Assembly (NCBI GenBank): GCA_037443705.1
Contig: JBBINV010000010.1
Coordinates: 1,224-65,223, forward strand
Reading direction: 5' to 3'
DNA length: 64,000 nucleotides
Source of the DNA: Betaproteobacteria bacterium
Lineage (GTDB): Bacteria; Pseudomonadota; Gammaproteobacteria; Burkholderiales; SG8-39
Each line of letters begins with the position of its first letter. Within the stretch, counting starts at the first letter, position 1. Made by a program: the position numbers and the translations under genes. The notes under the pieces are model-generated. The model ran no database searches. It worked only from the letters and a program-made list of their open reading frames with translations, and was not told the origin of the DNA. Of this stretch, positions 1 through 10,603 are shown in pieces.

Positions 1-1
1 C

Positions 2-628
2 CCGCCGCGCGTGGTGTTCGCGAGTTCGGTCGCGGCCTTCGGCGGGGATCTTCCGGCGGTGCTCGACGACGCGACGCCCTCGCGCCCCCAGACCTCCTAC
101 GGCACGCAGAAGGTCGTCGGCGAGTATCTCGTGTCCGATTACACGCGCAAGGGCTTCATCGACGGGCGGTCGCTGCGCCTGCCGACCATCGTGGTGCGGC
201 CCGGCCGTCCGAACGCGGCGGCGTCGTCCTTCGCAAGCGGCGTCATCCGCGAGCCGCTCAACGGTGTGAGATCGGAGTGCCCGGTGGACCCGGCGACCGG
301 GGTGTGGCTGCTTTCGCCGCGGCGCTGCGTGGAAGCGTTCCAGCGCGCGCACGACCTGCCTGCCGATGCGTGGGGATGGAACCGCGTCGTGAATCTGCCA
401 GGGATCACGGTGAGCGTGGCGCAGATGCTCGAGGCGCTCGGGCGCGTCGCGGGTCCGGATGTCGCGCGCCGGGTCGCGTTCGCGCCCGACGAGCGCATTC
501 GCGCGATCGTGAAGACCTGGCCTACGCGGTTCGAGACGCCGCGCGCGCTCGCGCTCGGCTTCCGGCCGGATCCGGACATCGAAACGGTGATCCGCGACTA
601 CATCGCGGACGAGAACATCAGAATCTGA
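2..628 (+). CDS. NAD-dependent epimerase/dehydratase family protein (DenD-like), C-terminal part; 5' end is outside the window
   Basis: The frame is open from the window edge to TGA 626-628. 'SYGTQKVVGEYLV' carries the SDR YxxxK catalytic motif. 'LRLPTIVVRPGRPNAAASSFASGVIREPLNG' is typical of extended-SDR epimerases. Confidence 0.75.
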   Translation, partial: PPRVVFASSVAAFGGDLPAVLDDATPSRPQTSYGTQKVVGEYLVSDYTRKGFIDGRSLRLPTIVVRPGRPNAAASSFASGVIREPLNGVRSECPVDPATGVWLLSPRRCVEAFQRAHDLPADAWGWNRVVNLPGITVSVAQMLEALGRVAGPDVARRVAFAPDERIRAIVKTWPTRFETPRALALGFRPDPDIETVIRDYIADENIRI

Positions 629-1435
629 TTACCACTCCGGGTCCCACAGCTTCCACCACGGCACGTCGCGCTTGAAGCCGCCGGGGCGCAGGTATTTGCT
701 GTCGGGGAAGTTGGCACGCATCACGCGGTCGGCGCCGTCGCGAAGCTCCGCCATGCCGAGCGCGTCGTAGGCCTTCACCAGGATGAACACGGCCTCCTCG
801 ACCGCGGGCGCCTGAGGGTAGTGCTGTACCGCGTACTGCGCGCGGTTGGCCGCCGCGACGTAGGCGCCTCGCTTCATGTAGTAGCGCGCGACGTGCACCT
901 CGTGCTGCGCGAGCGAATTGACCAGGTAGCGCATGCGCGCGGCGGAGTCCTCGGCGTACTTGGAGTCCGGGAAGCGCGTCACCACTTCCTTGAAGGTCTC
1001 GAAGGCGTCGCGCGCACCCTTGGGGTCGCGCTCGGTCATGTCGGGGTTGTCGAGCGCGGCGAAGAGGCCCTGATTCTCGTTGAAGTTCACCAGGCCCTTC
1101 AGGTAGTACGCGTAATCGACGTTCGGATGGTTCGGGTAGAGCTTGATGAAGCGGTCGGCGGCCGCGAGGGCGGAGGCGCGCTCGCCGTTCTTCCAGTGCG
1201 CGTAGGCGACCTCGAGCTGAGCCTGCTGCGCGAAGCGCCCGTACGGGTAGCGCGCCTCGAGCTTCTCGAGGTACTTGATCGCCTTTTCCCAGTTCTTCGA
1301 GGCCATCTCGTCCTTGGCCTCGCCGTAGAGCTTCTGCGCCGACCAGCCGGCGGTTTCGTCGCGCTCCCCGGTCGCGAACCAGCCGCAGCCGGCGAGCGCG
1401 GCGCTGAACGCGAGAGCAAGTACACTGCGGTGCAT
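629..1435 (-). CDS. bamD: Outer membrane protein assembly factor BamD (YfiO)
   Basis: 268-aa ORF with lipoprotein signal and lipobox 'LALAFSAALAGC'. TPR-like body 'ARYPYGRFAQQAQLEVAYAHWKNGE...YAYYLKGL'. It is divergent from rluD, the usual synteny. Confidence 0.92.
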   Translation of the reverse strand: MHRSVLALAFSAALAGCGWFATGERDETAGWSAQKLYGEAKDEMASKNWEKAIKYLEKLEARYPYGRFAQQAQLEVAYAHWKNGERASALAAADRFIKLYPNHPNVDYAYYLKGLVNFNENQGLFAALDNPDMTERDPKGARDAFETFKEVVTRFPDSKYAEDSAARMRYLVNSLAQHEVHVARYYMKRGAYVAAANRAQYAVQHYPQAPAVEEAVFILVKAYDALGMAELRDGADRVMRANFPDSKYLRPGGFKRDVPWWKLWDPEW

Positions 1436-2393
1436 GGGGCGAAATTATAGCGTCGGCGGTGAGGCCGGCTGGGAAGAGGCGTTCGCCGCGCCGGTCGCAG
1501 CCGCGGTGCCGCCCGAGCTCGCTGGCCTGAGGCTCGATCGGGCGCTCGCGCGCATGTTCCCGCAATACTCGCGCAGCCGCCTCCAGGCCTGGCTGCGCTC
1601 GGGCCAGGTGCGCGTGCAAGGCGGCCGGGCCGAGCCGAGGCGGCTGGTCGCGGGCGGCGAGCGTGTCGAGGTCGTGCCGCCGCCGGCATTGGACGCGGCC
1701 GTGCCGCGCGCGCAGAAGATTCCGCTCGCGATCGTGTACGAGGATCGCGACCTGATCGTGATCGACAAACGCGCGGGCCTCGTGGTGCATCCGGGCGCGG
1801 GCGTGCCCGACCGCACGCTTCTCAACGCGCTGCTCGCTCATGCGCCCGAGCTCGCCGCGGTGCCGCGCGCCGGGATCGTGCATCGGCTCGACAAGGATAC
1901 CTCCGGGTTGCTCGTGGTGGCGAAGAACGTGAGCGCGCAGGCCGCGCTCGCCGAGCAGCTCGCGACGCGCGCCATGCGCCGCGTCTACCTCGCGCTCGTG
2001 CACGGCGATCCACCGGCCGGCGGCACGGTCGACGCGCCGGTCGGGCGCGATGCGCGCGTTCGCACGCGCATGGCGGTCACCCACCGCGGCAAGGAGGCGC
2101 GCACGCGCTTCCGGGTGCTCGAGCGCTTCGGCCGCGCGGCGCTGATCGAGTGCCGGCTCGAGACCGGGCGCACGCACCAGATCCGCGTGCATCTCCAGCA
2201 CATCCGCCATCCGCTCGTAGGCGACCCTGTCTACCGGCGTGGCACGCGCCACGGCATCGATTTTCCGCGCCAGGCCCTGCACGCGGCGGAGCTCGAGCTC
2301 ACGCACCCGCGCACCGGCAGGAAGATGACCTGGCGCGCGCCGCTTCCCGCCGACATGGCGCAGCTTCTCGCGCGCCTGCGCCGTGCCGCCTGA
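1434..2393 (+). CDS. rluD: 23S rRNA pseudouridine synthase RluD
   Basis: S4-like N-terminus 'LAGLRLDRALARMFPQYSRSRLQAWL' and catalytic motif 'HRLDKDTSGLLVVAKN'. The start is uncertain because ATG 1434 abuts the bamD start codon (CATG). Confidence 0.9.
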   Translation: MGRNYSVGGEAGWEEAFAAPVAAAVPPELAGLRLDRALARMFPQYSRSRLQAWLRSGQVRVQGGRAEPRRLVAGGERVEVVPPPALDAAVPRAQKIPLAIVYEDRDLIVIDKRAGLVVHPGAGVPDRTLLNALLAHAPELAAVPRAGIVHRLDKDTSGLLVVAKNVSAQAALAEQLATRAMRRVYLALVHGDPPAGGTVDAPVGRDARVRTRMAVTHRGKEARTRFRVLERFGRAALIECRLETGRTHQIRVHLQHIRHPLVGDPVYRRGTRHGIDFPRQALHAAELELTHPRTGRKMTWRAPLPADMAQLLARLRRAA

Positions 2394-3060
2394 CCGGGTC
2401 GTGCCCGACTGGATCGTGCCTCCCGGCGTGCACGGGCTCGTGACCACGCGCGCGCTCGGCGACATGCGTTCGGCGGAAGGACGCGCGCGCCTTCGTGCGC
2501 TCTTGCCGGCCGAGCCATTGCTCGTGAGGCAGATTCACGGAATCGGGGTCGTTGACGCCGATTCGCACGATGGAGAATTTCCCGAGGCGGACGCGCTCGT
2601 CACCCGTCGTCGGAACCGGCCCTGCGTGATTCTCGTCGCCGACTGCATGCCCGTTCTCCTTGCCTCGGATGCCGGCGGCGTGGCGGGGATCGCGCACGCG
2701 GGCTGGCGCGGGCTTGCCGCCGGCGTGATCGAGGCCACGCTGGAGGCGATGCGCGTTTCGCCCGGCCGCCTGATCGCCTGGCTCGGGCCGGCGATCGGCC
2801 CGCGCGCGTACGAAGTGGGCGACGAGGTGCGCGCCGCGTTCCTCGCGCGCGATGCCGGAGCCGCGCGCGCCCTCGCGCCCTCGCGCCCCGGGCACTGGAT
2901 GCTCGATCTGTACGCCGTCGCGCGGCAACGGCTCGATGCGAGCGGAGTGAAGCGCGTGTTCGGCGGCGCTTGTTGCACGCACTCCGATCCGCAGCGCTTC
3001 TTCTCCTGGCGGCGTGACCGCGCCGCCGAGCGCATGGCCGCGGCGATCTGGCTATCGTAG
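2383..3060 (+). CDS. pgeF: Laccase-domain / purine nucleoside phosphorylase family protein PgeF (YfiH)
   Basis: 225-aa ORF. 'DWIVPPGVHGLVTTR' N-terminus, 'ILVADCMPVLL' and C-terminal 'CCTHSDPQRFFSWRRD' match the YfiH/DUF152 family. It lies downstream of rluD as in E. coli. GTG start overlaps the rluD end. Confidence 0.88.
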   Translation: MPPDRVVPDWIVPPGVHGLVTTRALGDMRSAEGRARLRALLPAEPLLVRQIHGIGVVDADSHDGEFPEADALVTRRRNRPCVILVADCMPVLLASDAGGVAGIAHAGWRGLAAGVIEATLEAMRVSPGRLIAWLGPAIGPRAYEVGDEVRAAFLARDAGAARALAPSRPGHWMLDLYAVARQRLDASGVKRVFGGACCTHSDPQRFFSWRRDRAAERMAAAIWLS

Positions 3061-3073
3061 AATCCACGCCCCC

Positions 3074-3826
3074 ATGAGTCTGGCCTGGATCGTCGCGGCG
3101 AGCATCGCCGGCGGAACGCTGTCGGCGGGCGCGGCGGCTTCCGCGCTGCTGCTGCGCGCGTCCTGGGTGCCGGTACTGGTGTCGTTCGCGATCGGCGCGC
3201 TGCTCGGAGCGGCTTTCCTCGAGGTGATCCCGCACGCCTTCGAGCACGGCGAGCCGCGCACCGCGGCGGCCTCGATCCTGGGCGGGATCCTGGGCTTCTT
3301 CCTCCTCGAGAAGTTCCTGCTGTGGCGCCATTCGCACGACGAGCACGAGGGCGGGCACGAACATGACCGCGGCCGCAGCGGCACCATGATCGTCGTCGGC
3401 GACACGGTGCACAACTTCCTCGACGGGATCCTGATCGCCGCGGCGTTCCTGCAGAGCACGTCGCTCGGCGTCGTCACCGCGACCGCGATCGTGGCGCACG
3501 AGATTCCGCAGGAGGTGGGCGACTTCCTGATCCTGCTCAACTCGGGCTTTTCGAGGGCGCGCGCGCTCGCGCTGAACCTCCTGTCGTCCGCGGCGACGCT
3601 CGCGGGCGGCGTGCTCGGCTACTACGCGCTGCAGGTGCTCGCGGGCTGGGTGCCGGTGCTCCTCGGCATCGTCGCCGCGAGCATGATCTACGTGGCAGTG
3701 GCGGACCTGATCCCGGGGCTGCACCGGCGCCCGGAGCTGCGCGCGACGCTCGCGCAGACGCTCCTCATCGCGCTCGGGATCGGCGCGATCGCGCTCGTGC
3801 GCGCGATGGTGGGCGAGACGAATTGA
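3074..3826 (+). CDS. ZIP family divalent metal transporter (ZupT-like)
   Basis: Multi-TM protein with His-rich loop 'HSHDEHEGGHEHD' and ZIP signature 'HEIPQEVGDFLILL'. ATG 3074 (MSLAWIVAAS...) is preferred over the track start 3014, which overlaps pgeF. Confidence 0.85.
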   Translation: MSLAWIVAASIAGGTLSAGAAASALLLRASWVPVLVSFAIGALLGAAFLEVIPHAFEHGEPRTAAASILGGILGFFLLEKFLLWRHSHDEHEGGHEHDRGRSGTMIVVGDTVHNFLDGILIAAAFLQSTSLGVVTATAIVAHEIPQEVGDFLILLNSGFSRARALALNLLSSAATLAGGVLGYYALQVLAGWVPVLLGIVAASMIYVAVADLIPGLHRRPELRATLAQTLLIALGIGAIALVRAMVGETN

Positions 3827-3860
3827 CGGGGCGCATGGTGCGGCGCAAAATCCGCCGCCT

Positions 3861-5585
3861 ATGGCCGCACAGCAGGCGAGCCCCGACGCCGTCGTCGCCG
3901 CGATCGCGAACGCGGGAAACCAGGTCACCGAGGGCTGGATGCGGCTTGCGGCGGCGGCGCAATTCGCCGGCTCCGCGCCCTGGGCCGCGACGCTGCACGG
4001 CGATCCGGCGCGCGCAGCGGCGCTCCAGGCTTCCTACCTCGGAGAGCAGGCGCGGCTCTGGCAATCGATGCTCGCGGGCGAGGCGCGCGCGGCGGCCCGG
4101 GCCGAGCCGGGCGACCGGCGCTTCGCCTCGCGCGAGTGGCGCGACAATCCTTACTACTCGTACCTGCGCCAGTCGTATCAGCTCGCCACCCGCTACCTTC
4201 TGGAGCTCGTGGAGGGCGCGGCGCTCGAAGCGGCTGCGAAGGAGCGGCTGCGCTTCGCCATGCGGCAGTGGACCGACGCGCTCAGCCCCGCGAACTTCGC
4301 CGCGACCAATCCCGAGGCGCTCAGACGGGCGCTCGAGTCGAACGGCGAGAGCCTCGCGCGCGGGATCGCGAACCTGATCGCCGACGCGCGCAAGGGCCGG
4401 ATCAGCCAGTCCGACGAGTCCGCGTTCGAAGTGGGCCGCAATCTCGCGGTCACGCCGGGCGACGTGGTGTACGAGAACGATCTTGCGCAGCTCATCCAGT
4501 ATGCGCCGGCGACGGCGGAGGTCGGCGCGCGGCCGCTCGTGATGGTGCCGCCGTGCATCAACAAGTACTACATCCTCGACCTTCAGCCCGGGAACTCGTT
4601 CGTGAGATATGCGGTTGCGCAGGGGCACACGGTTTTCATGGTGTCCTGGCGCAACGCGGAGGCGGCGCAGGGGCATTACGGCTGGGACGATTACCTGCGG
4701 CTCGGGATCTTCGAGCCGTTTCGCGCCGCGCGCGAGATTTGCGGTACCGAGCGCGTGAACGCGCTCGGCTTCTGCGTCGGCGGCACGCTCCTCGGCGCCG
4801 CGCTCGCGGTACAGGCGGCGAGAAACGAGGACGTGGTCGAAGCGGTGACGTTCCTCACGACGATGCACGATTTCTCGGAACCCGGGCCGGTGGCGGTGTT
4901 CATCGACGAGGCCGGGATGGCCGCGCGCGAGGCCACGATCGGCCGCGGCGGCATCCTGCCGGGGACTGACCTCGCATTCGTGTTTTCGGCGCTGCGCGCG
5001 AACGACCTCATCTGGCCGTACGTGGTCAACAACTACCTGATGGGCGGGGCGCCCGCGGCGTTCGACCTGCTGTACTGGAACGCCGACAGCACGAACCTCC
5101 CGGGGCCGATGTACTGCTATTACGTGCGCAACACCTACCTCGAGAACCGGCTGCGCGAGCCCGGCGCGCTCGTCAACTGCGGCGTGCCGGTGGACCTCGG
5201 GAGGATCGCGCGCCCGAGCTTCATCCTCGCCACGCGCGAGGACCACATCGTGCCGTGGCGTGCGGCCTACCGCTCGGTAGGGCTGCTCGGCGGCGAGACG
5301 AAGTTCGTCCTCGGGGCGAGCGGCCACGTCGCGGGCGTGATCAACCCCGCGGCGAAGAACCGGCGCAGCTACTGGACCGGAGAACCGTATCCGCAGGACG
5401 CGGAGGCGTGGCTCGCGGCGGCCGCGGAGCACCCGGGAAGCTGGTGGACAGAGTGGTCGCGATGGCTCGAGCCGTACAAGGGCGGAACGCGCGCGGCGCC
5501 GGCGCGCGCGGGAAACGCGCGATACCGGCCGATCGAGCCCGCACCCGGCCGCTACGTCAGGCGCAGGATCGCACAGGAGGCGTGA
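3861..5585 (+). CDS. phaC: Class I poly(R)-hydroxyalkanoate synthase PhaC
   Basis: 574 aa with '[21 protein letters not shown]' and lipase-box-like 'GFCVGG'. It is followed directly by phaA, phaB and phaR. Confidence 0.95.
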   Translation: MAAQQASPDAVVAAIANAGNQVTEGWMRLAAAAQFAGSAPWAATLHGDPARAAALQASYLGEQARLWQSMLAGEARAAARAEPGDRRFASREWRDNPYYSYLRQSYQLATRYLLELVEGAALEAAAKERLRFAMRQWTDALSPANFAATNPEALRRALESNGESLARGIANLIADARKGRISQSDESAFEVGRNLAVTPGDVVYENDLAQLIQYAPATAEVGARPLVMVPPCINKYYILDLQPGNSFVRYAVAQGHTVFMVSWRNAEAAQGHYGWDDYLRLGIFEPFRAAREICGTERVNALGFCVGGTLLGAALAVQAARNEDVVEAVTFLTTMHDFSEPGPVAVFIDEAGMAAREATIGRGGILPGTDLAFVFSALRANDLIWPYVVNNYLMGGAPAAFDLLYWNADSTNLPGPMYCYYVRNTYLENRLREPGALVNCGVPVDLGRIARPSFILATREDHIVPWRAAYRSVGLLGGETKFVLGASGHVAGVINPAAKNRRSYWTGEPYPQDAEAWLAAAAEHPGSWWTEWSRWLEPYKGGTRAAPARAGNARYRPIEPAPGRYVRRRIAQEA

Positions 5586-5587
5586 AC

Positions 5588-6766
5588 ATGGACGACATCG
5601 TGATCGTTGGCGCGGCAAGGACCGCGATCGGCAAGTTCGGCGGCGCGTTCGCCAGGATCCCGGCGGCCGAGCTCGGCGCGCACGTGATCCGCAAGGTGCT
5701 CGAACGCGCGGGCGTCGCGCCCGAATCGGTGTCCGAGGTCATCATGGGACAGGTGCTCGCGGCGGGCGTCGGCCAGAACCCGGCGCGCCAGGCCGCGATC
5801 CGGGCAGGGCTGCCCGACATGACCCCCGCCATGACCATCAACAAGGTCTGCGGCTCGGGGCTGAAGGCCGTGATGCTCGGCGCGCAATCGATCGCGAACG
5901 GCGACGCCGACGTGGTGGTCGCCGGCGGGCAGGAGTCGATGAGCCTCGCGCCGCATGTGCTCGCGGGCTCGCGCGACGGCTTTCGCATGGGCGATGCCAA
6001 GCTCGTCGACTCGATGATCGTCGACGGCCTTTGGGACGTCTACAACCAGTACCACATGGGCGTCACCGCCGAGAACGTCGCGAAGGAGTACGCGGTGAGC
6101 CGCGAGGAGCAGGACGAGTTCGCGGTCGCCTCCCAGCACAAGGCCGAGGCCGCGCAGAAAGCCGGCAGGTTCCGGGACGAAATCGTCCCCTGCGAGGTGC
6201 CCACGCGCAAGGGCCCGGTGTCCGTCGCCGACGACGAATACCCGCGCCATGGCGCGACGCTGGAAGCGATGAAGGGCCTGAAGCCCGCGTTCGACAGGAA
6301 CGGCACCGTGACCGCCGGCAACGCGTCCGGCATCAACGACGGTGCGGCCGCGGTCATCGTATGCTCGTCGAAGAAAGCGAAGGAGCTGGGACTGAAGCCG
6401 CTCGCGCGCATCAAGGCGTTCGCTTCCGCGGGTGTGGACCCGAAATTCATGGGCATGGGGCCGGTGCCCGCCTCCAGGCGCTGTCTCGCGCGCGCGGGCT
6501 GGACGCCGAACGACCTCGACCTGATGGAGATCAACGAGGCCTTCGCGGCGCAGGCGATCGCGGTGAACCGGCAGATGGGCTGGGACACCGCGAGAGTCAA
6601 CGTGAACGGGGGCGCGATCGCGCTCGGGCACCCGATCGGCGCCTCGGGCTGCCGCATCCTGGTGACGCTGCTGCACGAGATGGCGAAGCGCGACGCGAAG
6701 AAGGGCCTCGCGTCGCTTTGCATCGGCGGCGGCATGGGCGTCGCGCTCGCGGTCGAGCGCCAGTGA
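5588..6766 (+). CDS. phaA: Acetyl-CoA acetyltransferase (beta-ketothiolase) PhaA
   Basis: Starts at the internal ATG 5588 of track ORF 5255..6766 ([19 protein letters not shown]). Active-site '[11 protein letters not shown]' and C-terminal 'CIGGGMGVA'. Confidence 0.95.
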   Translation: MDDIVIVGAARTAIGKFGGAFARIPAAELGAHVIRKVLERAGVAPESVSEVIMGQVLAAGVGQNPARQAAIRAGLPDMTPAMTINKVCGSGLKAVMLGAQSIANGDADVVVAGGQESMSLAPHVLAGSRDGFRMGDAKLVDSMIVDGLWDVYNQYHMGVTAENVAKEYAVSREEQDEFAVASQHKAEAAQKAGRFRDEIVPCEVPTRKGPVSVADDEYPRHGATLEAMKGLKPAFDRNGTVTAGNASGINDGAAAVIVCSSKKAKELGLKPLARIKAFASAGVDPKFMGMGPVPASRRCLARAGWTPNDLDLMEINEAFAAQAIAVNRQMGWDTARVNVNGGAIALGHPIGASGCRILVTLLHEMAKRDAKKGLASLCIGGGMGVALAVERQ

Positions 6767-6801
6767 TGGTGTAGACTGCCCGAATCGAGCGAGGAGACCG
6801 G

Positions 6802-7545
6802 ATGGCGCAGCGGCTGGCCGTGGTGACCGGCGGCATGGGTGGGCTCGGCGAGACCATCTCGACCAAGATGGCCGACGCCGGCTACCGGGTGGTGGTCACG
6901 TATTCGCCTTCCAACACGAAGTGGAAGAGCTGGCTCGAGGACATGAAGGGACGCGGCTACGCTTTCGCCGCCTATCCGGTGGACGTGGCGAACTACGACG
7001 ACTGCGCCGCCAAGTGCACCCAGGTGGTGCGCGATTGCGGCCCGATCGACATCCTGGTCAACAATGCCGGGATCACGCGCGACATGACGTTCAAGAAGAT
7101 GGCCAAGGGCGACTGGGACGCGGTGATGCGGACCAACCTCGACTCGTGCTTCAACATGACCAAGCAGGTGATGGACGGCATGGTCGACAGGGGCTGGGGA
7201 CGGGTGATCAACGTGTCCTCCGTGAACGGCCAGAAGGGCGCGTTCGGCCAGACCAACTACTCGGCCGCAAAGGCGGGCATCCACGGATTCACCAAGGCGC
7301 TTGCGCTCGAAGTCGCGAAGAAGGGCGTCACCGTCAACACGATCTCGCCGGGCTACATCGGCACCAAGATGGTCACCGCCATCCCGAGGGAGATACTCGA
7401 TTCCAAGATCCTGCCGCAGATCCCGGTGGGGCGCCTGGGGCGCCCCGAGGAGATCGCCGGGCTGATCATCTACCTCTGTTCGGAAGAGGCCGCGTTCGTG
7501 ACCGGGGCGAACATCTCGATCAACGGCGGCCAGCACATGTACTAG
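6802..7545 (+). CDS. phaB: Acetoacetyl-CoA reductase PhaB (SDR)
   Basis: 247 aa with 'VVTGGMGGLG' NAD(P)-binding motif, 'NNAGITRD' and 'YSAAKAG'. SD GAGGAG lies upstream. Confidence 0.95.
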   Translation: MAQRLAVVTGGMGGLGETISTKMADAGYRVVVTYSPSNTKWKSWLEDMKGRGYAFAAYPVDVANYDDCAAKCTQVVRDCGPIDILVNNAGITRDMTFKKMAKGDWDAVMRTNLDSCFNMTKQVMDGMVDRGWGRVINVSSVNGQKGAFGQTNYSAAKAGIHGFTKALALEVAKKGVTVNTISPGYIGTKMVTAIPREILDSKILPQIPVGRLGRPEEIAGLIIYLCSEEAAFVTGANISINGGQHMY

Positions 7546-7564
7546 GGGCGAAGGAGAGAAGACC

Positions 7565-8161
7565 ATGGCCGCAATTCCCGAGGAAAAGCCGGAACACCCG
7601 CTCCGCCTGATCAAGAAGTATCCCAACCGGCGGCTCTACGACACCAAGACCTCGAGCTATATCACCCTCGCCGACGTCAAGCAGATGGTGATCCGGCAGG
7701 AGGAGTTCCAGGTCCTCGACGCGAAGTCGGGCGAAGATCTGACCCGCCAGATCCTGCTCCAGATCATCCTCGAGGAGGAGTCGGGCGGCGTGCCGATGTT
7801 CTCCTCGGATCTCCTTTCGCAGATGATCCGTTCCTACGGCAGCGCGATGCAGGGCTTCATGGGCTCGTACCTGGAGAAGAACATCGAGGCGTTCCAGCAG
7901 ATGCAGAAGGCGCTGCAGGACCAGTCGCAGCGAATCTACGGCGACAATTCGCGTGCCTCGCAGGAGCTGTGGGCGCAGTTCATGAATCTGCAGGGTCCGG
8001 CGATGCAGAGCCTGATGCAGGCCTACATGGAGCAGAGCCAGAAGGTGTTCGCGCAGTTCCAGGAGCAGATGCAGAGCCAGGCGCGCAACATGTTCTCGGG
8101 TCTCGGCTTTCCCGGCTTCCCGCCACCCGCGAGCAGGACGGAGCCCGAAAAGAAGCCTTGA
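7565..8161 (+). CDS. phaR: Polyhydroxyalkanoate synthesis repressor PhaR
   Basis: N-terminus '[28 protein letters not shown]' is the PhaR DNA-binding signature. SD AAGGAGAG lies upstream. Confidence 0.93.
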   Translation: MAAIPEEKPEHPLRLIKKYPNRRLYDTKTSSYITLADVKQMVIRQEEFQVLDAKSGEDLTRQILLQIILEEESGGVPMFSSDLLSQMIRSYGSAMQGFMGSYLEKNIEAFQQMQKALQDQSQRIYGDNSRASQELWAQFMNLQGPAMQSLMQAYMEQSQKVFAQFQEQMQSQARNMFSGLGFPGFPPPASRTEPEKKP

Positions 8162-9459
8162 GGGCGGTTCCCAGAATCGGGTTCGTCTCGCTCGGGTGCC
8201 CGAAGGCGCTCGTCGATTCCGAGCGCATCCTCACGCAACTGCGCGCGGAAGGCTACGCCACGGCTCCGGACTACGCCGGTGCCGACCTCGTCATCGTCAA
8301 TACCTGCGGCTTCATCGACGCGGCGGTCGACGAATCGCTCGGCGCGATCGGCGAGGCGCTGAGGGAAAACGGGAAGGTCGTGGTTACGGGCTGTTTGGGG
8401 GTTAGCAAGAATCTCATAAGAAGAAGCTATCCCGCGGTCCTCGCCGTCACCGGCCCTCACGACACGGAAGCGGTCATGCGGGCCGTGCACGCGCACCTCC
8501 CGAAGCCGCGCGATCCATTGGTCGATCTGATTCCGGAAACCGGAATAAGGCTCACCCCTCGCCACTACGCCTATCTCAAGATCTCCGAGGGCTGCAATCA
8601 CAAGTGCACCTTCTGCATCATCCCGTCGATGCGCGGCCCGCTCGTCTCGCGCCCGATCGGCGAGGTGATGCGGGAAGCCGAGAACCTCGTGCGCGCAGGC
8701 GCGAGGGAGCTGCTCGTGATCGCGCAGGACACCAGTGCGTATGGCGTCGACGTGAAGGGCAGGACCGGGTTCTGGAACGGGAAACCGCTGAAGACCTCGT
8801 TCGTCCAGCTCTGCAGGGCACTTTCATCCCTCGGTGTCTGGGTACGGTTGCACTACGTCTATCCCTATCCCCACGTGGACGAAGTCATTCCCTTGATGGC
8901 CGAGGGAAAGATCCTTCCGTACCTCGACGTTCCGTTCCAGCACGCGAGCCCGCGGATCCTGAAGCTCATGAGGCGCCCGGCGAGCGCCGAGAAGGTCCTG
9001 GAGAGGCTGGAGAGCTGGAGAAGGATCTGTCCCGAAATCGCGCTGCGCAGCACCTTCATCGCGGGATTCCCCGGCGAGACCGAGGACGATTTCGAGATGC
9101 TGCTCGACTTCCTGCGCGAAGCGCGGCTCGACCGCGTGGGGTGCTTCGCCTACTCGCCGGTCGAGGGCGCGCGCGCGAACGATCTGCCGGGTTCCGTGCC
9201 GGAGGAGCTGAAGAAGGAAAGGGTTTCGCGCCTGATGGCGCTCCAGGCGAGGATCAGTGCCGGGAACCTGAAGCGCAAGGTCGGCCGCACGCTCAAGGTC
9301 CTTGTCGACGCGCCGGGCATCGGGCGCTCCGCGGCGGATGCGCCCGAGATCGACGGCGCGGTGCGCTTCAGGGGCGGGAAAGCGGGAGAATTCTCCGACG
9401 TCCTGATCGAGCGCTCGGACACGCACGATCTCTTCGGACGAATCATTCCTCCACGCTGA
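8158..9459 (+). CDS. rimO: Ribosomal protein S12 methylthiotransferase RimO
   Basis: '[16 protein letters not shown]' (UPF0004 domain), radical-SAM '[11 protein letters not shown]', and a TRAM-like C-terminus. The proposed TTG start at 8158 overlaps the phaR stop (TTGA). The track start 7969 lies inside phaR and is rejected. Confidence 0.88.
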   Translation: MRAVPRIGFVSLGCPKALVDSERILTQLRAEGYATAPDYAGADLVIVNTCGFIDAAVDESLGAIGEALRENGKVVVTGCLGVSKNLIRRSYPAVLAVTGPHDTEAVMRAVHAHLPKPRDPLVDLIPETGIRLTPRHYAYLKISEGCNHKCTFCIIPSMRGPLVSRPIGEVMREAENLVRAGARELLVIAQDTSAYGVDVKGRTGFWNGKPLKTSFVQLCRALSSLGVWVRLHYVYPYPHVDEVIPLMAEGKILPYLDVPFQHASPRILKLMRRPASAEKVLERLESWRRICPEIALRSTFIAGFPGETEDDFEMLLDFLREARLDRVGCFAYSPVEGARANDLPGSVPEELKKERVSRLMALQARISAGNLKRKVGRTLKVLVDAPGIGRSAADAPEIDGAVRFRGGKAGEFSDVLIERSDTHDLFGRIIPPR

Positions 9460-9733
9460 TGCCCTTCCAGAACGCGACGTAGCCGGCGATCTCCTCGGCT
9501 TCGGGCTTGGGGGAGGGGTAGTACCAGGCGGCGTCGGCGTTGACTTCGCCCTCGACCACGACGTCGTAGTAGCTCGCGACGCCCTTCCAGTGGCACACGG
9601 TCCGAGTCTTCGATTCGCGCAGGTAGGTGCGGTCGACGGCTTCCGGCGGGAAGTAGACGTTGCCTTCCACGATCCGGACCTCGTCGGCACCGGCCTCGGC
9701 GATCAGGGCACCGTTCCAGGTGGCACGCGGCAT
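9443..9733 (-). CDS. DUF427 domain-containing protein
   Basis: 96 aa '[33 protein letters not shown]...[14 protein letters not shown]' is the typical DUF427 pattern. It is the C-terminal part of track ORF 9443..10525. It overlaps the rimO 3' end by 17 nt in convergent orientation. Confidence 0.8.
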   Translation of the reverse strand: MPRATWNGALIAEAGADEVRIVEGNVYFPPEAVDRTYLRESKTRTVCHWKGVASYYDVVVEGEVNADAAWYYPSPKPEAEEIAGYVAFWKGISVEE

Positions 9734-9747
9734 GAGGGAATTGCAGA

Positions 9748-10584
9748 TCAGCCGCGGCGCACTGTCAAGCGCTGCCGGTGCGCGACGAGCAGGCCCGAGG
9801 CGACGATGATCGCCATGCCGGCGAGCGAGCCCGCGTCGGGAAAGTTTCCGAACACGAGAAATCCGAGCGCCATCGCCCAGAGAAGCGCGCTGTAGGTGTA
9901 GGGTGCGAGCGCGATCGCGCTGGCGTAATCGTAGGCGCGGATGAGGAGATAATGGCCCACCGAGGCGAGCACGCCGATCACGCCGAGCAGCCCCCAGTGC
10001 GCGGGTTCCTGCGGCGTCTTCCACGCGAAAGGAAGCGCCGCCGAGAGCAGCACCGCGCCCACGATCGCGCCCCAGACGAGGGACGTCATCGGGTGCTCCA
10101 CTCCCGCGACCTTGCGGGTGAGGATCTGGTAGAGCGCGTTGCACAGCGCCATCGCCATCGGCAGAAGCGCGTACGCGGTGAACACGTCGGACCCGGGCCG
10201 CACGATGACGAGCGCGCCGGCCAGGCCCGCGAGGATCGCGCCCAGGCGCGCCGCGTCCAGCCGCTCGCCGAGCATCGGCACCGCGAGCGCGGCGACGAAA
10301 AGCGGCAGCAGCAGCCCGATCGCCGCGGCCTCCGCGAGCGGGAGCACCGTGAGCGAGGTGAAGTAGAGCGAGGTCGCGCCGGCGAGCAGCGCCCCGCGCG
10401 CGAGCTGGATCCCGGGGCGCGCGGTGCGCAGCCGCCCGAGCTCGCCGCGCCCGGCGAGCCAGGCGAGGATGATCGCCAGGTTCGCCGCGTAGCGCGCCCA
10501 GACGATCCCGGGCACCGGGTACCACTGCGCGAGGTACTTCGCGATCGTGTCCATGAGCGTGAACACGCCCACGGCGCCGATCAT
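9748..10584 (-). CDS. EamA/DMT family transporter
   Basis: 278-aa polytopic membrane protein with two EamA-like halves. The start could be slightly upstream (CTG 10602). Confidence 0.8.
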   Translation of the reverse strand: MIGAVGVFTLMDTIAKYLAQWYPVPGIVWARYAANLAIILAWLAGRGELGRLRTARPGIQLARGALLAGATSLYFTSLTVLPLAEAAAIGLLLPLFVAALAVPMLGERLDAARLGAILAGLAGALVIVRPGSDVFTAYALLPMAMALCNALYQILTRKVAGVEHPMTSLVWGAIVGAVLLSAALPFAWKTPQEPAHWGLLGVIGVLASVGHYLLIRAYDYASAIALAPYTYSALLWAMALGFLVFGNFPDAGSLAGMAIIVASGLLVAHRQRLTVRRG

Positions 10585-10603
10585 GAACGCGATGCCGCGC
10601 AGG

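Noticed and set aside
1433-1436. The divergent bamD and rluD start codons overlap as CATG (bamD ATG on the minus strand at 1433-1435, rluD ATG at 1434-1436).
   Set aside because: It is probably just a consequence of start-codon uncertainty for rluD (a GTG at about 1503 is possible). The bamD start is well supported by its lipoprotein signal. There is no evidence of anything functional.
7969-8157. A 63-codon N-terminal extension of rimO in the track ORF (7969..9459), lying inside phaR.
   Set aside because: The extension overlaps the well-supported phaR reading frame and is not RimO-like. The RimO homology begins at '[12 protein letters not shown]', right after TTG 8158.
9443-9459. Two convergent gene pairs each overlap by exactly 17 nt at their 3' ends (rimO/DUF427 at 9443-9459, and lipoprotein/PNPOx-like at 24452-24468).
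   Set aside because: Convergent 3' overlaps are common in compact GC-rich genomes. The equal length appears coincidental, and the overlapping sequences are unrelated.
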